Shown: positions 36,089 to 45,946, numbered from the stretch's first letter. The stretch is DNA of 64,000 bases from Candidatus Gastranaerophilales bacterium (GCA_028280605.1 JANQLL010000143.1:4218-68217), one strand, 5' to 3'. Numbers and translations are program-made. The notes: generated by a model not told the origin, from the sequence alone.

Positions 36089-37375
36089 TCACCGCCTAAC
36101 CACCTTAATAGGATAAAAGAATTCAATGGGATAACTTGCCGCATCAAATATGTGCCCCATAAACTTAGCGTTTCGATCCGTCTTTATTTGCTGATGAGAA
36201 GGCACATCAAGCTGGGTTGTCCCCTCTTTGTATTTTAAATTCCTAATATTATGCAGCAACCACTTGCATCTGGGATTTACAAAAAGCTCTCTTTTGCCGT
36301 TCTGATTTAATACTTTTGCATTAAAAGCAGCAATCCTGCTGTTAACAGAAGGATTAAAATTACGTATCTTAACCTTTGGCCTGTATCCGTATTTTTTCAA
36401 TTGATTAAATATAATTGCATAATCAGTAAAAATACTGCTGGTCTTTCTATAATCACCGGACGCATCGCCAGTTATAACGATTTTGCCCTTATGATGTGGA
36501 TACCTGTGAATAAATTCTTCGGCAGCATCTTTAGTAGTGGTATTTTCAATAACAATCTCATCAAAAAAATAAAAAGCCCCGTCACGAACAAAAAATACCA
36601 CCCACGACATAGGATCAACGTTAAAATCACATCCGATAAATAATGTCTCATCGTCCTTGTATTCAATATTATTTTTAATATTTACACCGGTAAAATGCTT
36701 AACAACAAGCCCTTTTGTATAATCTCCAAACTGCCCCAGAACATTTATTTTATAGTAGTCAGGGTCAAATTTGTCTTTCATGTTGTCAATATACTCATCA
36801 GGCAGGTGAATATTTTCAGTAGTAGGTGCAATCAATAGCCTGTAGTTTTCTTTTTCATTCTCAACAAAATGTTTGTAAATCCATCCCTTGTTAGGTTCAG
36901 GGTTAGTATGCCCAAACAGTCTGTATCTAGGTATCCCTGACTGTCTTAAACGACTTAAAAGCATAAAAAAAGATGCCTCAGGGACATCCGATACTTCTTC
37001 TATTTCAACAAACCCCAGGTTTAGCGATTTCAAGCTTTCCGGCTCATCCAAATATTTAAACATAATTTCCGAAGAATTTTTAAACTTTATTTTATGGTCT
37101 GTTTTGTTAAATTCGTAGTCTATCTTCATATTTCTTAAATGTTCAAAATACGTTTGTAACGTAGTTTCAGAAACAAGTTTAAATGTTTTGGCGCCAACCA
37201 GTCCTTTAATTCCTGGGTATTTTTGTGCCAGCAGTATGCCAAGTAGAGCTCCAGACCAGGTTTTACCACTGCCGTAGCCTCCCTGGTAAATTGCAACATC
37301 AATTTTATGTTCATGTTCGATTTCCAAAAAGTCCTTTTGAGCAGGTAATAACGTGTATTCATTCATATTTAGCAC
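36089..37375 (-). CDS. terL: phage terminase large subunit
   Basis: Walker A GGYGSGKT, Walker B-like LGFVEIEE, and nuclease-domain acidic motifs IGCDFNVDP / ITGDASGD. Confidence 0.85.
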   Translation of the reverse strand: MLNMNEYTLLPAQKDFLEIEHEHKIDVAIYQGGYGSGKTWSGALLGILLAQKYPGIKGLVGAKTFKLVSETTLQTYFEHLRNMKIDYEFNKTDHKIKFKNSSEIMFKYLDEPESLKSLNLGFVEIEEVSDVPEASFFMLLSRLRQSGIPRYRLFGHTNPEPNKGWIYKHFVENEKENYRLLIAPTTENIHLPDEYIDNMKDKFDPDYYKINVLGQFGDYTKGLVVKHFTGVNIKNNIEYKDDETLFIGCDFNVDPMSWVVFFVRDGAFYFFDEIVIENTTTKDAAEEFIHRYPHHKGKIVITGDASGDYRKTSSIFTDYAIIFNQLKKYGYRPKVKIRNFNPSVNSRIAAFNAKVLNQNGKRELFVNPRCKWLLHNIRNLKYKEGTTQLDVPSHQQIKTDRNAKFMGHIFDAASYPIEFFYPIKVVRR

Positions 37376-37846
37376 CTTTATTTTCTATTTTAAATCTCTT
37401 TTAAAAATTTAAAGCTATAAAATTAATTGTTATTTTATAATTTTAAGTTTTTTATTTATTTATCAAAATTTTAAAAATTATGTTTATAAAAATTTAAAAA
37501 AGTTAAAAGTCAATAAGCACAAACATTTTTAGCTAAAATACAACTTTAGTATATTATCTCCTAAACCTTAAAAGAATATTAAATACTTTTATTAATTCTA
37601 AAATGAGTATATAAAGAATATCTCCAGTCAAATCTTCCTGATAGTAAAAATATAAAAATAATATTAATAATTTGCAAAATTGATTTCATATATTACCATA
37701 TTTGTAAAACAACAAACAATGTTCCACAGCTATTCTCAAGCTTGAGTTAATATCTCAAGCTTTTTACTTTTTTGTATAAAAAAATAAGCCTGAATATACA
37801 TTCAGACTAAGTGCTTTTGTTTATAGCTAGAATTAGTAGTGTTTTT

Positions 37847-38740
37847 TTATAACTTTCTAAATATAACTGTTTTGTTGTTATTCAAAAGAACTCTGCGCTC
37901 TATATGATATTTTACAGCTTTAGATAGAACCACAGATTCTATGTCCCTACCGGTTGCGATTAAATCATCAATATTAAAAGTATGATCAACTCTTTCAACC
38001 GACTGTTCAACAATAGGACCCTGGTCAAGGTCTTCTGTTACATAATGAGCAGTTGCCCCAATAAGTTTTACACCTCTGTCATGCGCTCTATGATAAGGCA
38101 TAGCTCCTACAAAACTAGGTAAAAAAGAATGGTGTATATTTATACATCTACCTTTTAAAAACTCACACAAGTCAGGCGAGAGTATTTGCATGTATCTTGC
38201 TAAAACAACAAGATCAGCATTCAGCTTATTTATCAGCTCTTTTACTTGCTCTTCCTGTTGCGTTTTAGTTTCTTTAGTTACAGGAAGATGATAATAATCA
38301 ATTCCATACCATTTAACAATATCTTCCATTTCTGTATGATTAGATATAACTGCAACTATATCCATTTCCAATTGACCTATCTTGACTTTATTCAAAAGAT
38401 CAAGCAGGCAGTGTCCAAATTTAGATACTGCAATAACAACCCTGGGGCGATATTGTTTTTCGGTTATAGCCCAATCCATATCATACTTAAGAGCAATAGG
38501 TTCAAACTTTTCTTTAAATTCTTCAATAGAAGACAATTTAGGACCAACAGAATTAAAAACTGTTCTCATAAAAAATTTATTTGTATCAGGGTCCCCAAAG
38601 TGTGCAGATGATGAAATAAAACCATCATTTTCCGCAATAAAGTTTGATACAGATGAAGATATGCATACTGTATCAGGGCATGTCATGGTAAATATATAAT
38701 CTTTATTTCTTTCAGTCATTTGTGCTTTCCATATTATCAT
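37847..38740 (-). CDS. purU: formyltetrahydrofolate deformylase
   Basis: N-terminal ACT-like domain plus the formyltransferase core INIHHSFLPSF.GA.PY.RA...GVKLIGATAHYVTEDLDQGPI. The likely true start is ATG 38719. Confidence 0.9.
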   Translation of the reverse strand: MIIWKAQMTERNKDYIFTMTCPDTVCISSSVSNFIAENDGFISSSAHFGDPDTNKFFMRTVFNSVGPKLSSIEEFKEKFEPIALKYDMDWAITEKQYRPRVVIAVSKFGHCLLDLLNKVKIGQLEMDIVAVISNHTEMEDIVKWYGIDYYHLPVTKETKTQQEEQVKELINKLNADLVVLARYMQILSPDLCEFLKGRCINIHHSFLPSFVGAMPYHRAHDRGVKLIGATAHYVTEDLDQGPIVEQSVERVDHTFNIDDLIATGRDIESVVLSKAVKYHIERRVLLNNNKTVIFRKL

Positions 38741-38810
38741 ATAATAGTATAATTAATCATACTATAATGGTTTTTTCGTGTAAAACACTTGATGATGTAT
38801 TGATGCAAAG

Positions 38811-39230
38811 TTAATTATTTTCTTTCTTTCCATTACTGATATTAATTCCAAGCTTTACGGCAAATGTATATATAGCCGCACTACTAAGGGCAGTTGTTAG
38901 AACCCTTTTAGTCAGGAATTTTTTAACAAGTTGATTTTTATCTGCTTTAGTTTTTGCTTGTTTCATTTTATCCCTTAACTTGAAATATTTATGAGCATTA
39001 AATAATGGGATTGATAATAATGTAGATGGAATTAATCCCCAAAGTGCTGGTAATCTTGTACCTTTATCAGTATAAGGAGATAAAAAATTACTGCAATCTT
39101 TAACAATATTTCTTAAAGTTCCAATTTTAGTCCCTTCCAAGTTATCAGTTTTTTTATTTTGAGAAGTTTGATAATTAGAAGAAAAGCTTGGCTTTATGAA
39201 ACTTGATTTAAAATTAATTGAATTAACCAT
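38811..39230 (-). CDS. hypothetical membrane protein with N-terminal SINFK motif
   Basis: MVNSINFKSSF start (ATG 39230), two hydrophobic segments, no recognisable domain. Confidence 0.45.
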   Translation of the reverse strand: MVNSINFKSSFIKPSFSSNYQTSQNKKTDNLEGTKIGTLRNIVKDCSNFLSPYTDKGTRLPALWGLIPSTLLSIPLFNAHKYFKLRDKMKQAKTKADKNQLVKKFLTKRVLTTALSSAAIYTFAVKLGINISNGKKENN

Positions 39231-39368
39231 AAATTTGCACAAAATTCTAAAATTAGTTAACTAATGAATAAAATATTATTACAAAAAGAAATGTACACAA
39301 TGTTAAAATGATTTTTCTTTACTTTTTTTAACTTATAATTTCACCCTAATTTTTTGTCATTTTATATA

Positions 39369-39397
39369 TTGACACTCAAGTTGTCATGCTATATAAT
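39369..39397 (+). promoter_or_regulatory. consensus sigma70-type promoter of the hicB-like gene with embedded inverted repeat
   Basis: TTGACA (39369-39374), a 17-nt spacer, and TATAAT (39392-39397). TGACA..TGTCA inverted repeat lies in the spacer. Confidence 0.7.
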
Positions 39398-39422
39398 GAT
39401 AATTATAGAAAGTGAGAGATAA

Positions 39423-39782
39423 GTGAAAAAAAATATTAAAAAAAATTTAGAATACTACTTAAACTTACCTTGGAAGTTTGAGTATGAAAAAGCTCTTGAA
39501 GGTGGCTTTTATGTTAGAGTAAAAGGTCTGGCGTGTCATTCGCATGGCGATAATATGGAAGAAGCTTATCAAAATATTCAAGAAGCTTTGGAATGCTTTT
39601 TAGAAACAGCTGTTGAAAATAATATTCTTGTAAATGAGCCTGTAAGTCAAGCTGATTGTAATGGTAGGCTTAGCTTTAGAACCACTAAATCTATGCACTG
39701 TAAATTAGCTCAAATTGCAAAAGAAGAAGATGTAAGCGTTAGCCATCTTATCAATGACGCTATCACTAAAATGTATGGTTAA
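39423..39782 (+). CDS. HicB-family antitoxin-like protein (RNase H-like fold + RHH tail), orphan
   Basis: GGFYVRVKGLACHSHGDNMEEAYQNIQEALE and a C-terminal RLSFRTTKSMHCKLAQIAKEEDVSVSHLINDAI ribbon-helix-helix. No hicA-sized ORF adjacent. Confidence 0.7.
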   Translation: MKKNIKKNLEYYLNLPWKFEYEKALEGGFYVRVKGLACHSHGDNMEEAYQNIQEALECFLETAVENNILVNEPVSQADCNGRLSFRTTKSMHCKLAQIAKEEDVSVSHLINDAITKMYG

Positions 39783-40157
39783 TTAAAGCTTTTTTCCCCT
39801 AAGCTCATTTATTAAAAAGATAGAAGTTTCACTAGCATTGTCGCCCGTCTTGGATTCATCTACTTTTTGTTTTAAATTTATAACCTTGCATAATACCTCA
39901 GCATATTCTTTAATCCCATGTAAGTCACTTACTTGACTAAAATCTCCTAACTTACCAAGCAAAGAATCTAAAATACCAATAGAATTATGAAGCTTAAATT
40001 CGCTACTTTCTTTCTTTTTTTCTTCTTCCCATTTTTTGATAAGCCAGCATTCATCATAATTTAATTTCATATCCAGACCTGCAACAAATTCAGTTGCTTC
40101 ATTTAGCTTACTATCCATAAACTTTTTATGTAGTTCTTGCCATTTTATACTACCCAT
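39783..40157 (-). CDS. hypothetical protein (124 aa)
   Basis: ORF length in AT-rich DNA; tightly spaced (18 nt) after the upstream 168-aa gene. Confidence 0.45.
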   Translation of the reverse strand: MGSIKWQELHKKFMDSKLNEATEFVAGLDMKLNYDECWLIKKWEEEKKKESSEFKLHNSIGILDSLLGKLGDFSQVSDLHGIKEYAEVLCKVINLKQKVDESKTGDNASETSIFLINELRGKKL

Positions 40158-40175
40158 AATAAAATCTCCTATATG

Positions 40176-40682
40176 TTAACTCGCAATCAAGTTTTCAATT
40201 TTAAGTTCCGGCTTAATTTTTCTGCCAGTAGAATTACCGTTTATATTGTATTCTCGTTGCCTGTTGCTCTTGCCGTCCCAATAATGAATATTTATATTAT
40301 TAGTACCTTTAGCCGGTAAAAATATAGGACCTGGAATCTTAACCAACTCACAAGAGTCTTTTATTTTTCTCATATGTTCTTTGGCATTTTTACCGCAATA
40401 TCTACAGGTTTTTATCAGCTCTTTATCTTCATCAAATCTAAAAACAAAGCAAACATTGCAATCGTTTTTTATACAGGTCAAAAGTACAGTCATCTCAAAA
40501 AATATTTCAATTTCTGACAGATTTTTTTTAGTAGGGTTATTTTTAAATAGCCTTAAATATTTATAAGTATCAATATTTCCAAAAGAGTAAGGTTTTGCAC
40601 AGCAAAAAAATTGCACAGTTATCCTCCTTTCAACTGTTCGCAATACATCAGCTATTTTTGATGAAAAAACTTTCAACAGCAA
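40176..40682 (-). CDS. hypothetical Cys-rich protein (168 aa)
   Basis: CC..., C.V and CRYCGKNAKEH motifs; no recognised family. Confidence 0.45.
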   Translation of the reverse strand: MLLKVFSSKIADVLRTVERRITVQFFCCAKPYSFGNIDTYKYLRLFKNNPTKKNLSEIEIFFEMTVLLTCIKNDCNVCFVFRFDEDKELIKTCRYCGKNAKEHMRKIKDSCELVKIPGPIFLPAKGTNNINIHYWDGKSNRQREYNINGNSTGRKIKPELKIENLIAS

Positions 40683-40714
40683 TTCGGTCGGCTTATAACA
40701 ATAATAAACCCCAC

Positions 40715-40750
40715 AAAAGTAATTTTTAATTTAATTGATTAGCAGTATAA
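40715..40750 (+). repeat. R1 repeat fragment (3' end only)
   Basis: aaaagtaatttttaatttaattgattagcagtataa matches the R1 end. Confidence 0.55.
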
Positions 40751-40765
40751 CGTATTCAAGATTCA

Positions 40766-41101
40766 CTATTCATTAGGTTTTTTGTGATTTAAGCTCTTCG
40801 CAAATTCTTTTAATATTTTTGCAAAGCTAATATTTTTGCTAATTTTATCCCTAAGCATCATATTCTCTGGCAATAATAGCTCTGCTTCTCTATTTTTAGG
40901 GTTTATGTGAATTGTAAAAACATAAATGCTAGATAATAAACATACGTACAATATCACAATATTCTCCTGAAAATTATGAGCTTCCAGCGTTAAAGGGCCT
41001 AATTTAGTCTTATAATTTTTTCCTTTTAGCAAAAATCCTCTAAAATTGGGAATTATTGAATTTAAAGCATTAAAAATATCATCATAAAACATAAACAACA
41101 C
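40766..41101 (-). CDS. hypothetical protein (111 aa)
   Basis: ORF only; one hydrophobic segment. Confidence 0.35.
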   Translation of the reverse strand: MLFMFYDDIFNALNSIIPNFRGFLLKGKNYKTKLGPLTLEAHNFQENIVILYVCLLSSIYVFTIHINPKNREAELLLPENMMLRDKISKNISFAKILKEFAKSLNHKKPNE

Positions 41102-41257
41102 CTCTCAAACGATCAATAAGTAAAACTCTATGATACATAGCCCGTAATCTCTGTATTTAAATTGTCATAATGAATAGGTACAGGCATACCTAATGGCATA
41201 ATCACAAATAATAAGCACAATGTAATAACCAATCTTTTCATAGTCCGCCGCCTTTTT

Positions 41258-41512
41258 TTATAATTTGTAAATAAGACTTTTTTGTTTCTTTTTTAAAGTT
41301 TTAATTCTCTGGGTTAATTCAAAAATTGTATAGTTTAGAACTTTAATTTTTATAGTCTCAGGCAATTCTACACTGCTTTTACATCCAAGTAAAAAAGCAT
41401 TTGTTTCTTGGTTCATGTTATCAAGCAGTTTAATTTTTTGCTTTAATAAATCTATTTGAGAATCAATCAGCTCAAATTGTTTGGCATTATCTAGGGTAAA
41501 CAATATTTCCAT
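41258..41512 (-). CDS. hypothetical coiled-coil protein (84 aa)
   Basis: ORF only; heptad-like sequence. Confidence 0.35.
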   Translation of the reverse strand: MEILFTLDNAKQFELIDSQIDLLKQKIKLLDNMNQETNAFLLGCKSSVELPETIKIKVLNYTIFELTQRIKTLKKKQKSLIYKL

Positions 41513-41552
41513 AGCAAATTCCCCGCTTTCGTTCCGGTTGTACTTTTATACA

Positions 41553-41610
41553 GCTCATTAATTAAATTTCAGATTAAACAATCTAAAAAATATTATTGAG
41601 TTAGTATAGC
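41553..41610 (-). repeat. R1 repeat, short internally deleted copy
   Basis: cagctcattaattaaatttcagatta...gagttagtata retains both R1 ends. Confidence 0.5.
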
Positions 41611-41690
41611 TATAACTTTAATTTACTTAAGTATAAATTGGTGGATGTAAAACAAAAGAAAAATATTTGTACTGGCGCTCGATTTAATTT

Positions 41691-41773
41691 TATACTACAT
41701 TTTTCAGAATATAGTCTATTTTATTAGATTTAACGTGATAAAAAAATCTGAAAAGTATTTTAGAGCTAGTATA
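41691..41773 (+). repeat. R1-family MITE-like repeat (copy E)
   Basis: tatactacatttttcaga ... tctgaaaagtattttagagctagtata terminal inverted repeats. Confidence 0.6.
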
Positions 41774-42085
41774 ATTAAATTTGGTGAATGTAAGTAACTT
41801 CAATACGGTAAAATAAGACATAATATTTCTTTAAATATATAGTTTAGTTGTGTTTCACCCCCTTTTTGTAATTCTCTTCAAAATTGATACTATTATTATA
41901 GTATAAAAAAAATATCTTTGCACGAAAAAATTCCGATAATCAGAAATTTTCATTATTTTCGTAATATAACGTTACAAAAAAATATTTATATTTAAATTAA
42001 AAAAAGAAAAACTCTAGCAATTTCAAGCTTTTCATGGTTTTAATAATTATGGGTGGATTTTTATATTTTATTAAATATACAGGTT

Positions 42086-42182
42086 CTTAATTAAATTTCA
42101 GATTACTCTTTTCAGAGAATACTTTATTTTATTAACTTTTACACGATTTAAAAATCTGAAAAGTATTTTGAAGTTAGTATAA
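42086..42182 (-). repeat. R1 repeat, inverted copy abutting the phosphatase gene start
   Basis: Near-full reverse complement of 18351-18445. Confidence 0.75.
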
Positions 42183-42205
42183 AAGTTTTGAAGCTGGGGA
42201 AAAAC

Positions 42206-42991
42206 ATGATTAAAAATATAAATAATATTCCTAAATCTAATTTAATTGCCAGGGCTGACACAAATTTTTGTGCACGCTGGCCTTTATTTAAAGGTGAAGC
42301 CTCAGCCCCGGATACAGTTAGCCTTCTTAATTGCCCCGGCAAAAAACTTGGCGCTTTAAAACAAATTAAAAAGTTTTTTAAAACAACTTATAAAAATATT
42401 AAAAAATTTGGTAAAAAAACATATAAAAAAATAAAAAAATTTTTCAAAAATTTAATAAGCAGATTAAAAAATCTACTTTTAACAACAGAAGATAAACGCA
42501 TAGACAATTTTCATACTGTAGGCGGAAAGCTTTTAAGAGGTGCCCAGCCTGATACTGAAAAAGCAATGCAAGCTTTGCACGAAAAAGGCGTTAAAACGAT
42601 TATTGACCTTAGGTCAACCAAAACTTTGCCTCCCGAAATTATGAGACAAGAAATAGAAATGGCAGCTCGTCATGGTATAACGCACGTAAACATACCAATG
42701 CATGCCAATAAAAAAATAACAGAAGCAAACATAAGAGAATTTTTTAAAGCTATTAATAAAACGGATGGAATAGTATACGTACACTGTAAACAAGGCATAG
42801 ACAGAACCGGTATAACAACAGCGCTATACGAAATGAAAAAATTTGGTAAAACCCCAGAACAAGCATTTGAAAACATGAAAAAATTTGGATACAACTGGTA
42901 TCACAAAATTAAATTTAAAGCTCAAATGGACTATCTGCTTAACGATAGAGATAAGTGGCAACCAATTTTAGATAAAGTTACTGTTAATTAA
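42206..42991 (+). CDS. protein tyrosine / dual-specificity phosphatase with N-terminal FKG motif and Lys-rich amphipathic repeat
   Basis: Active-site P-loop VHCKQGIDRTG (CX5R), N-terminal PLFKGEASAP, and KKFFKTTYKNIKKFGKKTYKKIKKFFKN repeat. Confidence 0.8.
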   Translation: MIKNINNIPKSNLIARADTNFCARWPLFKGEASAPDTVSLLNCPGKKLGALKQIKKFFKTTYKNIKKFGKKTYKKIKKFFKNLISRLKNLLLTTEDKRIDNFHTVGGKLLRGAQPDTEKAMQALHEKGVKTIIDLRSTKTLPPEIMRQEIEMAARHGITHVNIPMHANKKITEANIREFFKAINKTDGIVYVHCKQGIDRTGITTALYEMKKFGKTPEQAFENMKKFGYNWYHKIKFKAQMDYLLNDRDKWQPILDKVTVN

Positions 42992-43004
42992 AAGCTGCTT
43001 TATT

Positions 43005-43472
43005 TTATACTTTAGACTTTTCAATAATATTAGTAGTGGATTTACCCTCAACAAAAGAAACAAACTCCACTCGTCCGCCGGCATCCATAACAGTTTTAGC
43101 TTCAGGCAGGCTGTTAATACTATAGTCTCCGCCTTTAACGTGTACATCAGGTTTGATTTGACCTAATAAGCTCACAGGCGTGCCTTCATCAAATATTACA
43201 ACATAATCTATAAATCCTAATGCTGCCATAACTTCGGCTCTGTCATCCTGATTATTTATAGGGCGCTTAGGCCCTTTCAATTTTTTAACCGAACTGTCAG
43301 AATTCAAACCTAATATAAGCACATCGCCGTATGATTTAGCCTGCTTCAAATACCTCACATGTCCCACGTGCAGAATATCAAAGCAACCGTTGGTGGTAAC
43401 AATTTTTTTGTTCTCCGCCCTTAGCTTATTGACCAAATCTTCAATTTCGTTTCTGTTTATAACCTTACCCAT
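43005..43472 (-). CDS. hldC: D-glycero-beta-D-manno-heptose 1-phosphate adenylyltransferase
   Basis: TNGCFDILHVGHVRYL cytidylyltransferase motif, NSDSSVKKLKGPKRP, and VKGGDY. Confidence 0.9.
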   Translation of the reverse strand: MGKVINRNEIEDLVNKLRAENKKIVTTNGCFDILHVGHVRYLKQAKSYGDVLILGLNSDSSVKKLKGPKRPINNQDDRAEVMAALGFIDYVVIFDEGTPVSLLGQIKPDVHVKGGDYSINSLPEAKTVMDAGGRVEFVSFVEGKSTTNIIEKSKV

Positions 43473-43490
43473 AATCCTGCCCGTCTATAC

Positions 43491-44510
43491 TTAAATACAG
43501 CAAACTTCTTCTTTTTGCTCTGCCTGACTAAAATGTTGTTTGATAATTTCTTTAATTTCATCCGGCTTAATAGTTGTCGTCCCGATTTTTCTAACAGCAA
43601 CACCGGCAGCATAATTCCCTATCCAAATAGAATCCGCAAGCTCAAAGCCAGATGCGGCCAGGCTCAACGCAAGCGTAGAAATTAAAGAATCCCCTGCCCC
43701 TGTTACATCGTATACCTGAGAAGAAATAGCCGGTATTTGCTCAATCTGGTCATCTTTATATATCAATACTCCGTTCTCGCCCAGAGTAACTAAAATAGTA
43801 TCTATATCAGTTATTCTTTGCAGATTTTTTGCCATTTGCTCAGGGCATGTGCCTTTTGGCGATTGACTGGCAAGTTCAGCTTCAAGCCTGTTAGGGGTAA
43901 TAATATCAGCATTGTTATACTTGATGTAATCAATACCTTTAGGGTCGATCAAAACCTTTTTGCCGTGCTTGTGACAAATTTTAATAGTTTGTTCAATCAA
44001 AAAGGGCGTAAGCACGCCTTTTGCGTAGTCTGACAAAACAACAATATCAACGCCGTTAATTAGTTCTTCAACAATTTGTAGCAGCTCATTTTCAATTTCA
44101 GCAGGTATTGACTTGGTTGATTCTTTATCAATCCTTGCTATTTGTTGCCTGCTATGTGCTAACAGTCTGGTTTTTGTAGTCGTAGGCCGGCTTTTATCTT
44201 TTACAATGTAGCTACTTAATACATTATTTTGTCTCAATTCTGAAATCAAAATATTAGCCTGATGATCATCGCCAACCACGCCTAAGATATATGCATTGCC
44301 GCCAAGAGATTTAATATTACTGGCCACGTTAGCGGCCCCACCCAATATATATTTATAATCTTCCGCTTCCAGTACAGGCACGGGCGCTTCCGGTGATAGT
44401 CGGCTGGCATTCCCGCAAATATATTCATCCAATATAATATCGCCCAATATCAAAACACTATAATCACTAAACCTATCAATAATATCGAATAATTTATCCT
44501 GTTTTTTCAT
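43491..44510 (-). CDS. hldA: D-glycero-beta-D-manno-heptose 7-phosphate kinase (PfkB family)
   Basis: ILGDIILDEY..G...RLSPEAPVPV, GGAANVA.N...LG and DVTGAGD motifs. ATG at 44510 has an AGGAGA RBS. Confidence 0.9.
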   Translation of the reverse strand: MKKQDKLFDIIDRFSDYSVLILGDIILDEYICGNASRLSPEAPVPVLEAEDYKYILGGAANVASNIKSLGGNAYILGVVGDDHQANILISELRQNNVLSSYIVKDKSRPTTTKTRLLAHSRQQIARIDKESTKSIPAEIENELLQIVEELINGVDIVVLSDYAKGVLTPFLIEQTIKICHKHGKKVLIDPKGIDYIKYNNADIITPNRLEAELASQSPKGTCPEQMAKNLQRITDIDTILVTLGENGVLIYKDDQIEQIPAISSQVYDVTGAGDSLISTLALSLAASGFELADSIWIGNYAAGVAVRKIGTTTIKPDEIKEIIKQHFSQAEQKEEVCCI

Positions 44511-44600
44511 ATATTTTCTCCTGCCTGGCATATTTCCCATATATTACCCCAAAATCATAGTTCAGTCGATTTTTTTGTTACATATTTTAAGTAATTTAAG

Positions 44601-44770
44601 TATACTCCCACTAAAATATTTTTCAGATTATTAAATCGAGTTAAAGTTAATAAAATAAACTATTCTCTGAATTGCGAAGCGGGAGTGTTAAAAAGTTAAA
44701 TGGTCAATTTTACTTTTTATAAACTCATTCAAAAGAGTAATCTGAAATTTAATTGATTAGCAGTATAAAT
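44601..44770 (+). repeat. R1 repeat (copy B) carrying a ~60-nt internal insertion
   Basis: First 70 nt are nearly identical to 18351-18420. Insert lies at 44671-44731, then the R1 3' end follows. Confidence 0.75.
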
Positions 44771-45199
44771 AAGTTTTTTAAGCGCACCTATCATTTTTTG
44801 ATAATTTCTTTAAAATTTAGTTTATTTTTTTCTTTTTATTTAATAAAAAAATAATAAAAAGAAACTATCTGCCCACCTATGCCTACATATTTATTTAAAA
44901 TATTACCCATCTGGCTATGTTTACTTGTTGCTGTGGATAATGTAAATAAATATTAAGTAATAAATTTAAATTAGCAATTTTTTTTATCAGGTACTTTAAA
45001 TATTATAGCAAGTCGATTAATAGGAAGGATTGCGTCTCATTAACCAATTAGGAATAAAAAAACTGTAACGATTTTTTAACTTTTAAAAAAATTAATAACA
45101 ACTTATTATATATTTCAACTTAAAATGAATTAGATAATCACAATAAATTAAAAAAAAGTTAACATAAAAATAGTAGTAAGGAAGAAAGGGAAAGCCCAT

Positions 45200-45856
45200 A
45201 TGTCTATCAATTCAGTAAGCGGCATTCAAAGACAAAGACAAGCAGTTCAGTTCAGAGGAACGCAAGACGCGCAGCAATCAGATGGTCAAAAAAATGGTAT
45301 GAATAAAGCTGCAATTATAGGTGGTAGCGCTCTAGCGGGTGGTGCAGCCGGTGGAGCTGTTTCATATTTTACAGCTCCCGGTTCAGACAAAGTAGCTGAG
45401 CAAATCAATAATAAAGCTTTAGAAGGTTCAAAAAAATTAATTGAAGATACTAGCATCTTTGAAAAACTTAAAGACTTCACTGAAAAATTAACTGGCAATA
45501 TTGAAAGACAAGAAGAGAAAAATGTGTTCAAATTTACTGATGGTATTAAGAGTGCATTAGGAGATAAAACAGAAGCAGCTGAAAAGCTAATGAATGATAC
45601 AATTGGAGAAGGCTTATTATCTAAAGCTGGAGGTACTCTCGAATTAGCGTCTAAGCCCACCGGTGAAGGTGCTGAAAAAAAATTATCAGAGTTCACGGCT
45701 GAAGGCGCTAAAAAGTTAGACGTTATTGCTGAAAAGGTAAAAGTTGGTGCTGGTAGAATTGCACTAGGTGTTGCAGCAGGATTGGCATTATGTGCTGGTG
45801 CAGCAGCTCTATTTACCCGTGGTAAAAAAGCAGCAGAAGGCGAGCAACAACAGTAA
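45200..45856 (+). CDS. FKG-motif family protein P1 (YtxH-like Gly/Ala segment + C-terminal anchor)
   Basis: MSINSVSGIQRQRQAVQFRG, AAIIGGSALAGGAAGGAVSYFTAPGS, and C-terminal IALGVAAGLALCAGAAALF with a Q-rich tail. Confidence 0.65.
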   Translation: MSINSVSGIQRQRQAVQFRGTQDAQQSDGQKNGMNKAAIIGGSALAGGAAGGAVSYFTAPGSDKVAEQINNKALEGSKKLIEDTSIFEKLKDFTEKLTGNIERQEEKNVFKFTDGIKSALGDKTEAAEKLMNDTIGEGLLSKAGGTLELASKPTGEGAEKKLSEFTAEGAKKLDVIAEKVKVGAGRIALGVAAGLALCAGAAALFTRGKKAAEGEQQQ

Positions 45857-45885
45857 TCAATAATATGTATAAATAATTTAAAAAA

Positions 45886-45918
45886 AGACTATCCCATAGC
45901 CAAATAGGATAGTCTTTT
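45886..45918 (+). terminator. intrinsic terminator after P1
   Basis: Stem agactatcc/ggatagtct followed by a T-run. Confidence 0.7.
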
Positions 45919-45946
45919 GACATTTTATTGACTTATAAATGTAACA

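Noticed and set aside
2313-37375. Looked for a diversity-generating retroelement, retron, integrase or att direct repeats associated with the phage-like cluster and its repeat-rich fibre genes
   Set aside because: No reverse-transcriptase-like or recombinase ORF is present (other than the IS110 remnant), and no template/variable repeat pair or flanking direct repeats could be found by eye. An att search needs computation.
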